Source of the DNA: a virus
Lineage: Duplodnaviria > Caudoviricetes
Reading direction: 5' to 3' (one strand)
IMG/VR virus record: IMGVR_UViG_3300049926_000090
Coordinates: 1 to 43,977 of that record
DNA length: 43,977 nt
Part shown: in pieces, positions 34,001 through 43,020 of the stretch
How the letters are laid out: each line of letters opens with the position of its first letter
Numbering within the stretch: the stretch's first letter is position 1
The notes under the pieces: generated by a model
What the model was told of the DNA's origin: nothing
Database searches by the model: none
What the model saw: the letters and a program-made list of their open reading frames with translations, nothing else
Translations under genes and position numbers: made by a program

Positions 34001-35618
34001 GGTTGCGCTGCAGGAAGCTGGCGACATCGGCGTCGTGGATCTCGAGGTCGCGCTTCTTGCCGCGCTTGCCGCGCACGACGCCTTTGCGGACGACGGTCGA
34101 ATCGGTCGCACCGCGGGCCGCCTCGAGCATCGCGGCCTGGCGATCGCGGAGCTCGACCTTGAGACGGGTGCGGCCTTTCGCCGCGGCCCGCGCGGCGCCT
34201 TTGCGCTGGCTGGTCCGCTCGAGCACCTTGGGTGCTTTGCCGCCCTCATAGCCGTGGGCCTTGCCGTGGCGCTCGCGGACTTTCTCGGCGAGCTTGCGGG
34301 TGGCCTCGGTGATCCGACCCTTGCTCAGCTTGTCGCCGACCGCCTTGGAGCCGAGCCCGAGCATGATCGGCAGCATCAAGCCGAGGTTGTCTTCGACCTC
34401 CTTCTTGACCTCCTTGGAGTCGGTCGCGGTGACGACGTTGGCGACCTGCTTGGCGAAGGCGAGCTGTTCGGCCGGAATGTGCTTGACCGGGGCGAGGATC
34501 TCCTTGCCCGAGTAGCCGGCGGCTCCGGGCACGTGGGCCTCGTGGGCGACCTCTGAGGCCGCCCTGCCGACCGTGGTGCCCGATTTGATCGCCATCGCGA
34601 CGGGGACCGTGACCAGGCCGGGAAGAGCTCGAGCGGTCGTCTTGTAGGTCTTCTTCGAACCCAGGGCTTCGAGGTGACCTCGAGCGCCCGGCAGGCCGGC
34701 GACGCTGATCTTCCCGGCTTTCAGCCCCGGCACCAACCCCGAAGCCGCACGTGAGCGCTTGGCAGCCTCCTGGGCGCCCTTGCGGCGCGCTGCGCGGGTC
34801 GCTGCCGCCCTCGCCCCTGCCTCGGCCAGCTTGGCCGTGTCGCGGCCTGCAGCGCGCTTAGCGGCCCTGCCGGCGAGACGACCACCCGCGCGCACGCCCG
34901 AGCCGGCGTTGAGCGCCCTCGAGGCCACCTTCGACCCTTTGGCCTCGATCTTCGCGGCGCCGGCCTCGAGGATCTCCTTGGCGACGGTCTTGCCGCCGGC
35001 CTGCACCGCCTTCTTGCCGACCGCGCCGACCAGGCCGCCGCCGGGAGCGGCGAGGGTGATCGCCGTGGTCAGGTCTTCGGGTTCACCGAGGCCGCGGGAG
35101 GAACCGTGGCCGCCGGCAGCCGCCGCCCTGCGCGATTTCTCATAGGCCCGCGGGGCGACGCTCTTCAGCTCCTTCTCGGGGAAGTTGCGCTCGACCGCGG
35201 TGCCTTCCGCCGTCTTGCGGCCGGCTTTGAAGGCGGCCTCGGAGGCCAGGGCATGGCGAAGCCTCCGCGTCGCCTCGCGGAGTTTCGGATCGGGCCGCTT
35301 GGCGAGCTTCGCTTCGGCCTTGCGCAGCGTCGCGACAGGGCGAGAGGCGGTCGCTTTTTTGACCGCCTTGGCCGCCGTGGCCGCTTCTCGTTTTGTCTTC
35401 GCCGCGGTGCGGCGATCCTTCTCCTCGAGCCGCGACACGCGCTTGGCGGTGCGGCCCTTGCCCTTCTCGAGGTCCCGACGTTCGGCCGGGGTGCTCTTCG
35501 AGCGGATTGACTTGACCGAGGACTCAGCCCGGTAGGGGCCGGTCGGCGGTGCCACGCGCCCCCTGCCGCGGCGACGCTTCTTCGGCCTGTACCTGTCGGG
35601 GATATCGCCCCAGCCCAT
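31056..35618 (-). CDS. Large internal virion (ejection) protein
   Basis: 1520 aa, basic Ala/Gly/Lys-rich N-half and a helical C-half with YPFIR..LRW..Y motif. Its position matches podovirus ejectosome genes. Confidence 0.7.
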   Translation of the reverse strand: MGWGDIPDRYRPKKRRRGRGRVAPPTGPYRAESSVKSIRSKSTPAERRDLEKGKGRTAKRVSRLEEKDRRTAAKTKREAATAAKAVKKATASRPVATLRKAEAKLAKRPDPKLREATRRLRHALASEAAFKAGRKTAEGTAVERNFPEKELKSVAPRAYEKSRRAAAAGGHGSSRGLGEPEDLTTAITLAAPGGGLVGAVGKKAVQAGGKTVAKEILEAGAAKIEAKGSKVASRALNAGSGVRAGGRLAGRAAKRAAGRDTAKLAEAGARAAATRAARRKGAQEAAKRSRAASGLVPGLKAGKISVAGLPGARGHLEALGSKKTYKTTARALPGLVTVPVAMAIKSGTTVGRAASEVAHEAHVPGAAGYSGKEILAPVKHIPAEQLAFAKQVANVVTATDSKEVKKEVEDNLGLMLPIMLGLGSKAVGDKLSKGRITEATRKLAEKVRERHGKAHGYEGGKAPKVLERTSQRKGAARAAAKGRTRLKVELRDRQAAMLEAARGATDSTVVRKGVVRGKRGKKRDLEIHDADVASFLQRNPMRMDDPVAMLAEVRRIKGRLKEPPPGMAPAPDQLYTRDVIAHIEAKPDVLANPAVIDTVRAYRDQGRHARENSAELAPEHSERARFLSAATHRDIPFPEEMHPRSVREIVRSAPQRGKLSKDVLRREARHDRSRGRALRKKADTAEKKASIMRERLGIYERQNKTRLGQGKNPRQVLRSVGVDLPIAQEKLRVRIDKLDVHAANLREQAGRADEMAIAKHKASREVDTTLTPEFAETVKQRLRQEGIAERDFPEYQHAGMGRAHGAPVYGSSGSKLTQMPGKSKMRKGTAEEFGMVEEGLRPMIRESIARPVARRESYKAARSVIESNRFEPGGHKEWSAREADELFRGTDPVLSSDQWMKVPRQFYKRIYDVLEGKGKGKGITAQDFELVGQLDQLRQGKGPAGSHYMIVRKAGMDELVAQLANTLVAPKIAKVNRATSFLILGTSPAWAAMQVIAEYGQAAVAQPKLLNPAFVKKAIRTYKEMDPTARQEFDSWVGVTTRTIERAEDLKLDLKAGDMDAAARAYTTLEGTPYGRFLRGIPTSIQRLDQWKGGRIRALATLAKIDKDLNSRTNSFVHGIGGLNREMGLALKEMKGKTLKEQAEWVAGHPKWSNRYQSYLDDVMGNWSALTKNERVAAQAMIFYPFIRMSLRWTFYAFPKRHPVKAAMLYYLGQQNAQEIKKLLGGDPSYFTQWAMVPIDLGGEKKFIDLSRIAPGSNALVEALGGSAEGPKGIAAAKLAQPALAALGTAIYGVSPLSGKQEGGSGWNAFGQMLSLSPLSRVAGEATIPAGRKKGEGVGKLPVIGSLSTERQEALDKLSAKLRGYDSAERYVRTLIAPPLPKDAGKEHDSALLGRVLKAFEKNSSSARDDVSAEYATRMKNAVEEGKRRSLPAMKKEREDRLAAMEAEYDEADRQLSKLFDKWGIPHEKEDRLFLEFYGEGKYRDPEASDNPWSGGGGSGSSNPWAGSSSSSDSNPWSSQ

Positions 35619-35621
35619 TGA

Positions 35622-36818
35622 CTACCTCCCTGCCGGGACGGCGCTTATGCCGCTGCCGATCCTCCGGGTGGTCTTGCCGGGGGCGCCCTTGGAAGCCTGC
35701 GCCTTGCGGATCTTCGCGACAGCCGCCGTCGCCTCGGCCGAGTAGCTCGAGCCGAGCTTTTCGATCAGCGCGGCTTCGAACTGCGCCCACTGCTTCGCCG
35801 ATTTGGGCACTTTGACTCCGAGCAGGGCCTTGGCTGCCGACATCGCGTCGGAGGAGTGTTCCCCTCGAGCCCGCCTTTCGGCCGTGGTGAGCCCGCCCTT
35901 GTTGTCTTTCTCGTAGTTGGCCGCCGTCGCCTTCTGGGAGCGGGACGCGGTCTTCGCGTTCTTGGCGGAGATCCCGATCCGTTCCTGGGCCTGGCGATTG
36001 GCGATCGCGTCCTGGCTCGCCTGCCGGGCGGATTCGACCCTGGCGAGGGCCGCATCGGCTGCCGCTGCAGCTTCGGCCGAGCGAGCTTCCTGCCGGGCCA
36101 TCTTGAGCTTTTTGATTTCGGTCGCGTAGCCGCGATCGGCTTCGCGGATCTTCTCCTTGTTGGAGACACGGGCCATGCCCTTTTCCTTGCGGACAGAGCC
36201 GAGCTCTTTCTTGATTTTGTCGCGGCGATCGCGCTCGGCTTTGCGGGCCTCGATCCCCTGCATCCGGGCGGCCGTCTTGTTCTCGCCGAGACGACCGACG
36301 AAGCTGGCCTGCTCGGAGAGGAGCGGCTTGACCTGATCGACTCGAGCCGCGCCGGCGGCCTGCCCGGCCTGGGCGATCTTCGCCAGCCCCGCGGTGTCCT
36401 TGGGGCCGCCGACGAGGTTGGCGAACGTCTCGTCCTGGGAGGCGAGCCGGGCCTGGTCGGCGGAGCTGCTCGCGTCGGCTGCGGCGAGCTGCGCCGACGT
36501 CGTGTTCTCGACCGACTTCAGGGCCGCAGCTCCGGTGTCCTGGGCGCCCTGGTAATCGGCGGCGAGCTGCGCGTACCACTGGCCGAGATCCCCCTCGCGT
36601 TTGCGCGAGCCCTTCGCTTCTTGGCGAGCTTCGCGGATCGGGGCGTTGAATTCGGTCCCGGCCTGAGCGTTGGCGACGGCGCCGGCCTGGCGCCCTGTGT
36701 GTGGTTTGAGGAAGGTGGCGACGCTGTCTCCGCCGCGACCACGACCTCGAGCGCGGCCCCCGCCGCGACTCCCCGCTGCTCCACCCATTCGACCTCGACC
36801 GCGTCCTCGACCCTTCAT
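35622..36818 (-). CDS. Internal virion protein (coiled-coil)
   Basis: 398 aa, Ala/Gln/Lys-rich, with RG-repeat N-terminus. Confidence 0.65.
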   Translation of the reverse strand: MKGRGRGRGRMGGAAGSRGGGRARGRGRGGDSVATFLKPHTGRQAGAVANAQAGTEFNAPIREARQEAKGSRKREGDLGQWYAQLAADYQGAQDTGAAALKSVENTTSAQLAAADASSSADQARLASQDETFANLVGGPKDTAGLAKIAQAGQAAGAARVDQVKPLLSEQASFVGRLGENKTAARMQGIEARKAERDRRDKIKKELGSVRKEKGMARVSNKEKIREADRGYATEIKKLKMARQEARSAEAAAAADAALARVESARQASQDAIANRQAQERIGISAKNAKTASRSQKATAANYEKDNKGGLTTAERRARGEHSSDAMSAAKALLGVKVPKSAKQWAQFEAALIEKLGSSYSAEATAAVAKIRKAQASKGAPGKTTRRIGSGISAVPAGR

Positions 36819-37501
36819 CAGTAGCCCGCCTTTCCTCGACCGCCACCAAGGCGGGCATTGATCGCTCGAGCCTTCGCGTTGGCAGCACGTGCCGCCGCGG
36901 GGCGACGAACGTTGCGCCCCTCTTTCGGCCCGTTCAGCCGGCCGCGACCGCCAGGACGACCGACGCCGAGTGGGGCGGGTGCTGAGGCGGCCGCGCGTTC
37001 GAGCGCCCCTTCCTTGATCCCGGCCTGGCCGAGCTGTTCATCTCGAGCGATCCTGCCGATCCCTCCGGTGTAGTCGCCCTGCGCCGAGGCGATCTGATCG
37101 TCGATCTCTTTCTGCGTTTTGTCGTAGCTCGAGCGGACCTGCGACTGCGCGTTGAGAGTCGACCCCGCGTAGAGCTGGTTGTTGGCGGTGTTGGTCACCC
37201 CGCGCCGGTTGTCCTCGAGCGACTTCGCGTTTTCGGCGACCGCGCCGTAAGGGTTAGACGCCCCCGAACCGAAGCCGAGCTCGGACTGAGCCCGGTCGTA
37301 GCCGGCTTTGGTCGAGGCTCGAGCGTCGGCGGAGTCGGCACCCAGCCCCGCCGATTCACGCTGCGCCTGAGAGTCCCAGGGCATCGCCGCCTTCCCCGAC
37401 TTCCCGCGGCCGCGCTTGCGGGCGGCGCCACTCTTCATCCGCGCCCGCTGCACGGCGAGACGACGCTGCGAGTTTTCGAGGTATCCGCGGCCGCGAGCCA
37501 T
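36818..37501 (-). CDS. Internal virion protein
   Basis: 227 aa, Ala/Gly/Gln-rich, with basic termini. Confidence 0.65.
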   Translation of the reverse strand: MARGRGYLENSQRRLAVQRARMKSGAARKRGRGKSGKAAMPWDSQAQRESAGLGADSADARASTKAGYDRAQSELGFGSGASNPYGAVAENAKSLEDNRRGVTNTANNQLYAGSTLNAQSQVRSSYDKTQKEIDDQIASAQGDYTGGIGRIARDEQLGQAGIKEGALERAAASAPAPLGVGRPGGRGRLNGPKEGRNVRRPAAARAANAKARAINARLGGGRGKAGY

Positions 37502-37969
37502 CTAGTCCTCGCCTTCCGTCTCCTCGTGGCCGCCCTTGCCCTTGCTGCGGGCGCTCTCGAGCAGGCTCGAGCGGTTGGCGACGAGCTTTTTCCGCAGGGC
37601 GGCGAGTCTCGGGCTGGCCGGGTTTTTCTTCAGCCCGGCGTTGACCTGGGCGAAGGACTTGCCGCCCACGGCGAGTTTGCTCCGCCAGTCGGGGCCGAGC
37701 GCCTTCTGCAGCGTCTGCCGCTGCTGCATCGTCTTCTGCGCCTGCTCCGAAGTGATCGCCCCGGAGGAGACGCGAGTGGCGAGCTGGCGACCGCCGGGAC
37801 CGGCCAGTCCACCCCCGCCGATGCCGGCGGTCTGCTTGCCCTGGGGAGCGCCCTGGCCCTGGGGACGAGCGCCGCGGGGAGCGGCAGTGCCGCCATTCTG
37901 TCCGACGCGGCCTCGGCCTCGACCTCGGCCCTTGCCCCTCGAAATTGGATTTCCTACTTCTACAGCCAT
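37502..37969 (-). CDS. Basic virion-associated protein
   Basis: 155 aa with KGRGRGRGR. AAAGGA RBS. Confidence 0.65.
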   Translation of the reverse strand: MAVEVGNPISRGKGRGRGRGRVGQNGGTAAPRGARPQGQGAPQGKQTAGIGGGGLAGPGGRQLATRVSSGAITSEQAQKTMQQRQTLQKALGPDWRSKLAVGGKSFAQVNAGLKKNPASPRLAALRKKLVANRSSLLESARSKGKGGHEETEGED

Positions 37970-37987
37970 GTGAGTCCTTTCAGTGTG

Positions 37988-40882
37988 TTATTCGACCCGG
38001 ACGGGGTCAACGATTAGACGACGCTGATCCCAGGTGCATTTGTAGTTGCCGATCGTTCGAACCTTCTCCGCGATGACGGCCGCCGCCGCTACTTTTAACT
38101 GGCGGGTAGTGGAACCGACCGATGCAGCCCCCCCAGTACCGCTCGGCACGTACTCGACAGCGGACCAAGTGTCGCTCGCCGCTGCCGCACCGACCGCGTA
38201 AGAGATATGGGCGCCGCCCGCCGCCGCGGCTTCGACCAGACCCTCGATTCGGATGTCGTAGTCCCCTTTCAAAGGCACCGTGATCGAGAGCGGGTCGGTC
38301 GGCAGAGATTCGTATGCCGTTTTGTTGGTGAGTTCCCGCACCACGTCCGACTTGGCGACGAGTGGCGGGCCGCCGATCTTTTTCCAGCGCGCTTCGCCTT
38401 CGCCGGCCCCCGCCGCCTCCTTGTAGACGAGCTCCCAGAAGACCCCGTTGACCGCGTCGGCCACGAAGGTCACCTTGTCCCCGGTCAATGCTTCCGCGGT
38501 CTGGGTGGTGAGATTGGTTTCGACCAAGCCGAAGTCCCTCGGCGTCAGCAACGACCACACGTGGGAGGTCGTGCCCGGAGTGATCGAGCCGTTCGTCGTG
38601 ATCCTGAAGACCCGGTCCTTGCACTTTTCGCCCTCCTCGACGTAGACCATCGTGCCACCCGAGAGCTCGCCGGCGGCGTCAGCGTCAGTGGCGCGCGCGG
38701 GGGCCGCCGCGACTACCCAGATCCCGTTTTCTTTGGTCGTCGTCTGCCCGGTGACGAGCACCCTGTCCCCGTTCGCCAGGAGGACGCCGTCGATCGTGTC
38801 GCCGCTGTTGAGGGCGGTTTCGATCACGACGTTGGCGACGGTGGCGACTCGACACGAGTTCTTGAAATCCTGGGAGCCGGGGCCTTCGGGACCCGTTTCG
38901 CCTTTGGCTCCCGTTTCGCCTTTTTCGCCCGTCGCGCCTTTTTCGCCCGTTTCCCCTTTGGCGCCGACGTCGCCGGCCCGGAAGAATTCGAGGGTGCAGA
39001 CGTCGTTGTTGGCGAGCCCATTGCTGGCGACATGGGCGACGGTGAGGCTGTCCCAGGTGCCATTGTCGTTCAACACCCCCGACGTCGAGAAAATCGCGAA
39101 GACGGTCGGCGCTCCGATTTTGCGGAGGATCAGAGTGCCCTTGAGCGTGTTGGTCGAATCGTCGATCGTCGCCAGATAGGCAGCGAGCGAATTGGCATCC
39201 CCATCGGTCTCGGAGACCCGCAGGACGGTGGCTTCGGAGAGGGTCGTTTTGTTGAACTTGAGTTTGCCCGAGCCGGGGTCGGTCGCTTCGATGTTGGTGA
39301 GGTAAGTGAACTTCAGCCCGGCGCTGCGACCTTCGGCGCCTTTTGCCCCTTCCGCACCCGTTTCACCTTTGGCTCCGGTTTCGCCTTTCGCCCCGGTTTC
39401 CCCTTTTTCCCCGGTCGCACCTTTGTCACCCGTGCGGACGAATTCGACAACGATCTGATCGCCGTTGGCGAAGGCTTCACCGCTGGCGACGTGGGCGATC
39501 GTGAGTTTGTCCCAGGTGCCCTGGTCGGCGAGCGCGCTGATACTGACGATCCCGAATACTTTGGGGGCACCTACTTTGCGAAGGATCAACATCCCCTTCA
39601 AGGCGGTGGTCGAGTCGTCGAAGGTATTGAGGTAGGCGCCCAGGCCGTTAGCCTCGGCATCCGTCTCGCTGATGCTCATGCGAACGGCAGCCGCGATCGC
39701 TGCGTTGATTTTGAGCTTGCCGGCGGTGGGGTCGGTGTCTTCGGTATTGGTGCTGAATTCGTACCTCAGCCCGGCCGAGCGGCCTTCAGCACCTTTGGCG
39801 CCCGCTTCCCCTTTTTCCCCTTTTTCGCCCGCCGCGCCTTTTTCGCCCTGGTCCCCGGTGCGCAGCCATTCGATCACGACCTCTTTATTGTTTTCGAGGG
39901 CTTCGCCTTCGGCCAGGAGTTCGGTCGGAATGTTGACCCAGGTGCCTTCGTCGGCGAGGGCGCCCGTCACTTTGAGGATGCGGAAGCGTTTTGGAGAGCC
40001 GAGCTGGCGGACGACGATCGTGCCACGGTTGGCCAACGTCGTCGAGTCGTCCCAGGTGGCGAGGAAGGCGGCGATCGCAGCGGCGTCTTTGTCGGTCTCC
40101 GAGAGCCGCAGGAAGGTGTTGCCGGCGCCGTCCCGTTTGGCTTTGCCCGCACCGGGGTCGGTGTTTTCGGTGTTGGTCAGCCAGGTGTAGTGCAGGCCGG
40201 CATCGCGCCCCGCCGCCCCCGTTTCCCCTTTTTCCCCTGGCGCCCCTTCGGCCCCTTCAGTCGCACCGACAACGGTGACCACGACCGTCTCCCCATCTTC
40301 GAAGAGTTCGGCGTTTAAGCCGGCGACCACGGCGACGACTTTGGGGAACAGGATTGGGAAAGCGCCAGGGGAAGTTTCGACGATCTGGGCGTTGATCTCG
40401 AAGGCGACGTAGGCTTCGCTGGTCTCGCCGTGGATCAGGACGATCCCGCGGTGGCTCGAGCCGGCGGGGGCGAGGGTGTTGGCGATGTATTCGAGCAAGT
40501 GCCCGATGTCTTTGCCATCGACGTCGTCGAAGCTGATCGCCATCTGGGTCGCTTCGAAGAGTTCGGGCGGGTCAGCATCGAAGCGGATCTCGGCCGGGAC
40601 CGCAGGGTTGGATTCAAAGCCGGTGCGGTAAGTGAAGTGAAAGACGGCCTGGTCGGCCATCACGGCATCGGCGGCATCGGCCGGCTGGATCGGGAACCAC
40701 TGCGAGATCTCGTCGAAGTTGTCCTGGTTCGCTCGAGCGGTGAGGAAGACCTCGCCCATCACCTTTTTCAGCGTCTCGTCCTCGATCGAGGCGAGCTGCT
40801 GGCGCTCGGCCGAGAGCAACCGGGGCGGGCCCGTGCGACGGGCACGGATCTGGACGTTGGGCTTGGGGAGCTGTTTGGTCAC
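37988..40882 (-). CDS. Tail fibre with collagen-like (Gly-X-Y) segments and repeated globular domains
   Basis: GTG start coupled to the nozzle stop. GEKGETGAK repeats, repeated ~120-aa domains, and a SCRVATVANV...GDRVLV..Q...ENGIW domain. Confidence 0.85.
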   Translation of the reverse strand: MTKQLPKPNVQIRARRTGPPRLLSAERQQLASIEDETLKKVMGEVFLTARANQDNFDEISQWFPIQPADAADAVMADQAVFHFTYRTGFESNPAVPAEIRFDADPPELFEATQMAISFDDVDGKDIGHLLEYIANTLAPAGSSHRGIVLIHGETSEAYVAFEINAQIVETSPGAFPILFPKVVAVVAGLNAELFEDGETVVVTVVGATEGAEGAPGEKGETGAAGRDAGLHYTWLTNTENTDPGAGKAKRDGAGNTFLRLSETDKDAAAIAAFLATWDDSTTLANRGTIVVRQLGSPKRFRILKVTGALADEGTWVNIPTELLAEGEALENNKEVVIEWLRTGDQGEKGAAGEKGEKGEAGAKGAEGRSAGLRYEFSTNTEDTDPTAGKLKINAAIAAAVRMSISETDAEANGLGAYLNTFDDSTTALKGMLILRKVGAPKVFGIVSISALADQGTWDKLTIAHVASGEAFANGDQIVVEFVRTGDKGATGEKGETGAKGETGAKGETGAEGAKGAEGRSAGLKFTYLTNIEATDPGSGKLKFNKTTLSEATVLRVSETDGDANSLAAYLATIDDSTNTLKGTLILRKIGAPTVFAIFSTSGVLNDNGTWDSLTVAHVASNGLANNDVCTLEFFRAGDVGAKGETGEKGATGEKGETGAKGETGPEGPGSQDFKNSCRVATVANVVIETALNSGDTIDGVLLANGDRVLVTGQTTTKENGIWVVAAAPARATDADAAGELSGGTMVYVEEGEKCKDRVFRITTNGSITPGTTSHVWSLLTPRDFGLVETNLTTQTAEALTGDKVTFVADAVNGVFWELVYKEAAGAGEGEARWKKIGGPPLVAKSDVVRELTNKTAYESLPTDPLSITVPLKGDYDIRIEGLVEAAAAGGAHISYAVGAAAASDTWSAVEYVPSGTGGAASVGSTTRQLKVAAAAVIAEKVRTIGNYKCTWDQRRLIVDPVRVE

Positions 40883-42405
40883 GGCTTCTGGGTCTCCGTG
40901 ACACGCGTCTCCCGCAGGTAGCGATCGAGGCGCTGCACGGACCAGGGCGCGGCGCCCGAGAACTGATGCGAGAAGAGGGTGGCCGTCTGCCCCCTCTGTT
41001 TCTGCACTTGGTCGATCGCCGGGGCGACACCGAGTTTGTAGACGGTCCCGTTGCCGAGCGCTTTGTAGTCCTCGGCGACCTTGACGGTGACTTCGCCCGA
41101 GCCCCAGAGCTTGGTCCCCACCACGGTCTTTTCGTCGGGCGATTCGAGCTCGTAGAAGCCCGACTGCCAACGCGGGCTCATCGCCGCGGTGACGTCGGTG
41201 TCTTTGGCCGGGGTGAAGAAGAATACGCCCTTGTGCGCTTCGTCAGAGGCCGAGAAGAAGAGCCGCATCCGGTGGGTGGCCAGGGCGGAGTTCCAGGGGA
41301 CCATGCTGTGCAGAGCGACCGTGTGGACGGTCCAGCGCAGCCCCTGTAGATCGAACTTGAGCAGGCGGTCGACGTCGCCGGCATTGAGCCCGAGCCCGAT
41401 GTATACGGCGTCGCCTACGAAGGTGAGGCCCTGAGCTGAGGTCCAACGCCGTTCGCCGAAGGTCGTGGCCGCAGGACCGACGAGAGCGGCGCTGTCGGCC
41501 AGTGGGTCGAGATCTTCGGAGAGCAGGGAGGGCTCACCGCCCGTGGTCACGTAGAGCCCGTCGTTGCCGATCAGGTAGACGCCCTCGGCGCCGGCGCAGA
41601 CCTGGGCGTTGCACTTGGCTGAGGGCGGCAGGATGCGGGTGCCGAGGTCGATCGTGCGGAAATTGAAGATCGGTTTGCCCTCGTTATCCGCAGAGACGCC
41701 GTAGAAGACGAACAGGTGGGTCTCCTTGAAGACGAAGATCTGCCCACCCCACTCGCAACACCCGACGATCGTCTCTCCGTCGCCGGGCCGGACCTGCACG
41801 AAGTTGGTCGATTCGAAGCTCTCCGCGTCGCCGGGGTTGGCGAACCACACGTGAGAGCCGCTCGAGGTCGCGCCGTTGGGGCCGCCGTTGGCCTCGGTGC
41901 CGGCGATCACGAGCCGATTGCCCTCGTCGGCCCAGACCGCCAGGTGGTGACCCTTCGGCATCGCTTTTTCGGCGACCCCGTCGACCGAGGCTTTCGGTTC
42001 AGTGAAGTTGGTCCCGTCGTAGCGCTTCAGGGTGCTTTCCTGATCGGCGATGTAGGTGAAGGCGGCGGCCGGGGTGCCGAGCCGGGCGAAGCTCATAAAG
42101 AGCTGTTTGACCACCGCTTCTTTGCCGGCGACCTCTTTGCCCGTAGCGATGTCGAGAGGGACGAGTTTGGTCGTGCGGCGGGCCAGGAGGCGCGAGTCGG
42201 AGTGGGCGAAGAGCGACTCGTAGTTGGCGGCGCCCGCTTCTTTGGTGAACTCGTCGGTGCCCTGGCGGGTGCGCACGGCACCGGCCGAGCCGACCCAGTC
42301 GACGTCGAGGAGGTCGATCGCGTTGTCGCCGCCGACGTCGTCGAGGGGCTGATTGAGGATCAGCCCGCCGAACTTCGTGAAGGGGATCGGGACCGTCGGC
42401 TTCAT
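40879..42405 (-). CDS. Tail tubular/nozzle protein (P22 gp10 / T7 gp12-like beta-propeller)
   Basis: 508 aa, F.GGL N-terminus, NRLVIAG...VWF..PGD.ESF and IFVFKE...GT motifs. Confidence 0.75.
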   Translation of the reverse strand: MKPTVPIPFTKFGGLILNQPLDDVGGDNAIDLLDVDWVGSAGAVRTRQGTDEFTKEAGAANYESLFAHSDSRLLARRTTKLVPLDIATGKEVAGKEAVVKQLFMSFARLGTPAAAFTYIADQESTLKRYDGTNFTEPKASVDGVAEKAMPKGHHLAVWADEGNRLVIAGTEANGGPNGATSSGSHVWFANPGDAESFESTNFVQVRPGDGETIVGCCEWGGQIFVFKETHLFVFYGVSADNEGKPIFNFRTIDLGTRILPPSAKCNAQVCAGAEGVYLIGNDGLYVTTGGEPSLLSEDLDPLADSAALVGPAATTFGERRWTSAQGLTFVGDAVYIGLGLNAGDVDRLLKFDLQGLRWTVHTVALHSMVPWNSALATHRMRLFFSASDEAHKGVFFFTPAKDTDVTAAMSPRWQSGFYELESPDEKTVVGTKLWGSGEVTVKVAEDYKALGNGTVYKLGVAPAIDQVQKQRGQTATLFSHQFSGAAPWSVQRLDRYLRETRVTETQKP

Positions 42406-43020
42406 CTAGAGGTAGTCGCCGCCGCGGCCCGCTCGAGTGAGACGACGCTCCTTGTCGTAGTTGGGCTTCATCAGCGCGTGCACCATCCCGTCGCGCTCGC
42501 GTTCGTAGTCCTTGAGGATTTCGGCGGCCGCCTCGAGGTTGTCGGTCGCCTTGTAGACCTTCACCCTGACCCGAGTGACAATCAGGTCGTGGTAGTCGGA
42601 GTCGAAGATCGGCTCGTCCCCATCTTCGAGCTCGGCCGGCACCTTGCGGTAGAGCACCCGGATCAGCGTGGCGCTCGCGGGGGCGACCTTGATCGTCTCC
42701 CCGTCCTCGGTGTACCAGTATTCGGGCTTGCCAGCCCCGGTCTGGGTGGGGTCGCCGAGGAGAAGCTGATTGATCGTGATCGGTTCGAGCGGGTTGCGAG
42801 CAGCGACGTCGACGACGGCCTGCACGTGGCCGAGTTCTTCGATCGTCAGCGGCGCCACTCCTTCGTCGCTGTCGAAGAGGAAGGGCCAGGGTTTGAAGTC
42901 ACATATCTCGCGGTAAGCCTGCTGAATCCAGCGGTTGATCCGGTCTTCGCCCCCGGTGTCGGAGCTGATATTTTCGGCGCCGCTGGCGACGATCTCTTCG
43001 CGTATTTCTTCTCGGTTCAA
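42406..43020 (-). CDS. Head-tail adaptor (tail tubular protein A-like)
   Basis: 204 aa with INRWIQQAYREI...WPFL, G.PEYW and DEPIF..YHDLIV motifs. Confidence 0.75.
   Translation of the reverse strand: MNREEIREEIVASGAENISSDTGGEDRINRWIQQAYREICDFKPWPFLFDSDEGVAPLTIEELGHVQAVVDVAARNPLEPITINQLLLGDPTQTGAGKPEYWYTEDGETIKVAPASATLIRVLYRKVPAELEDGDEPIFDSDYHDLIVTRVRVKVYKATDNLEAAAEILKDYERERDGMVHALMKPNYDKERRLTRAGRGGDYL

Noticed and set aside
31056-35618. Tape measure protein
   Set aside because: No major tail, tail chaperone or baseplate genes are present. The context (adaptor, nozzle, fibre) indicates podovirus internal proteins.
37988-40882. Diversity-generating retroelement targeting the tail fibre
   Set aside because: No reverse transcriptase and no adenine-variant TR/VR pair was seen. 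The repeats are ancient domain duplications.
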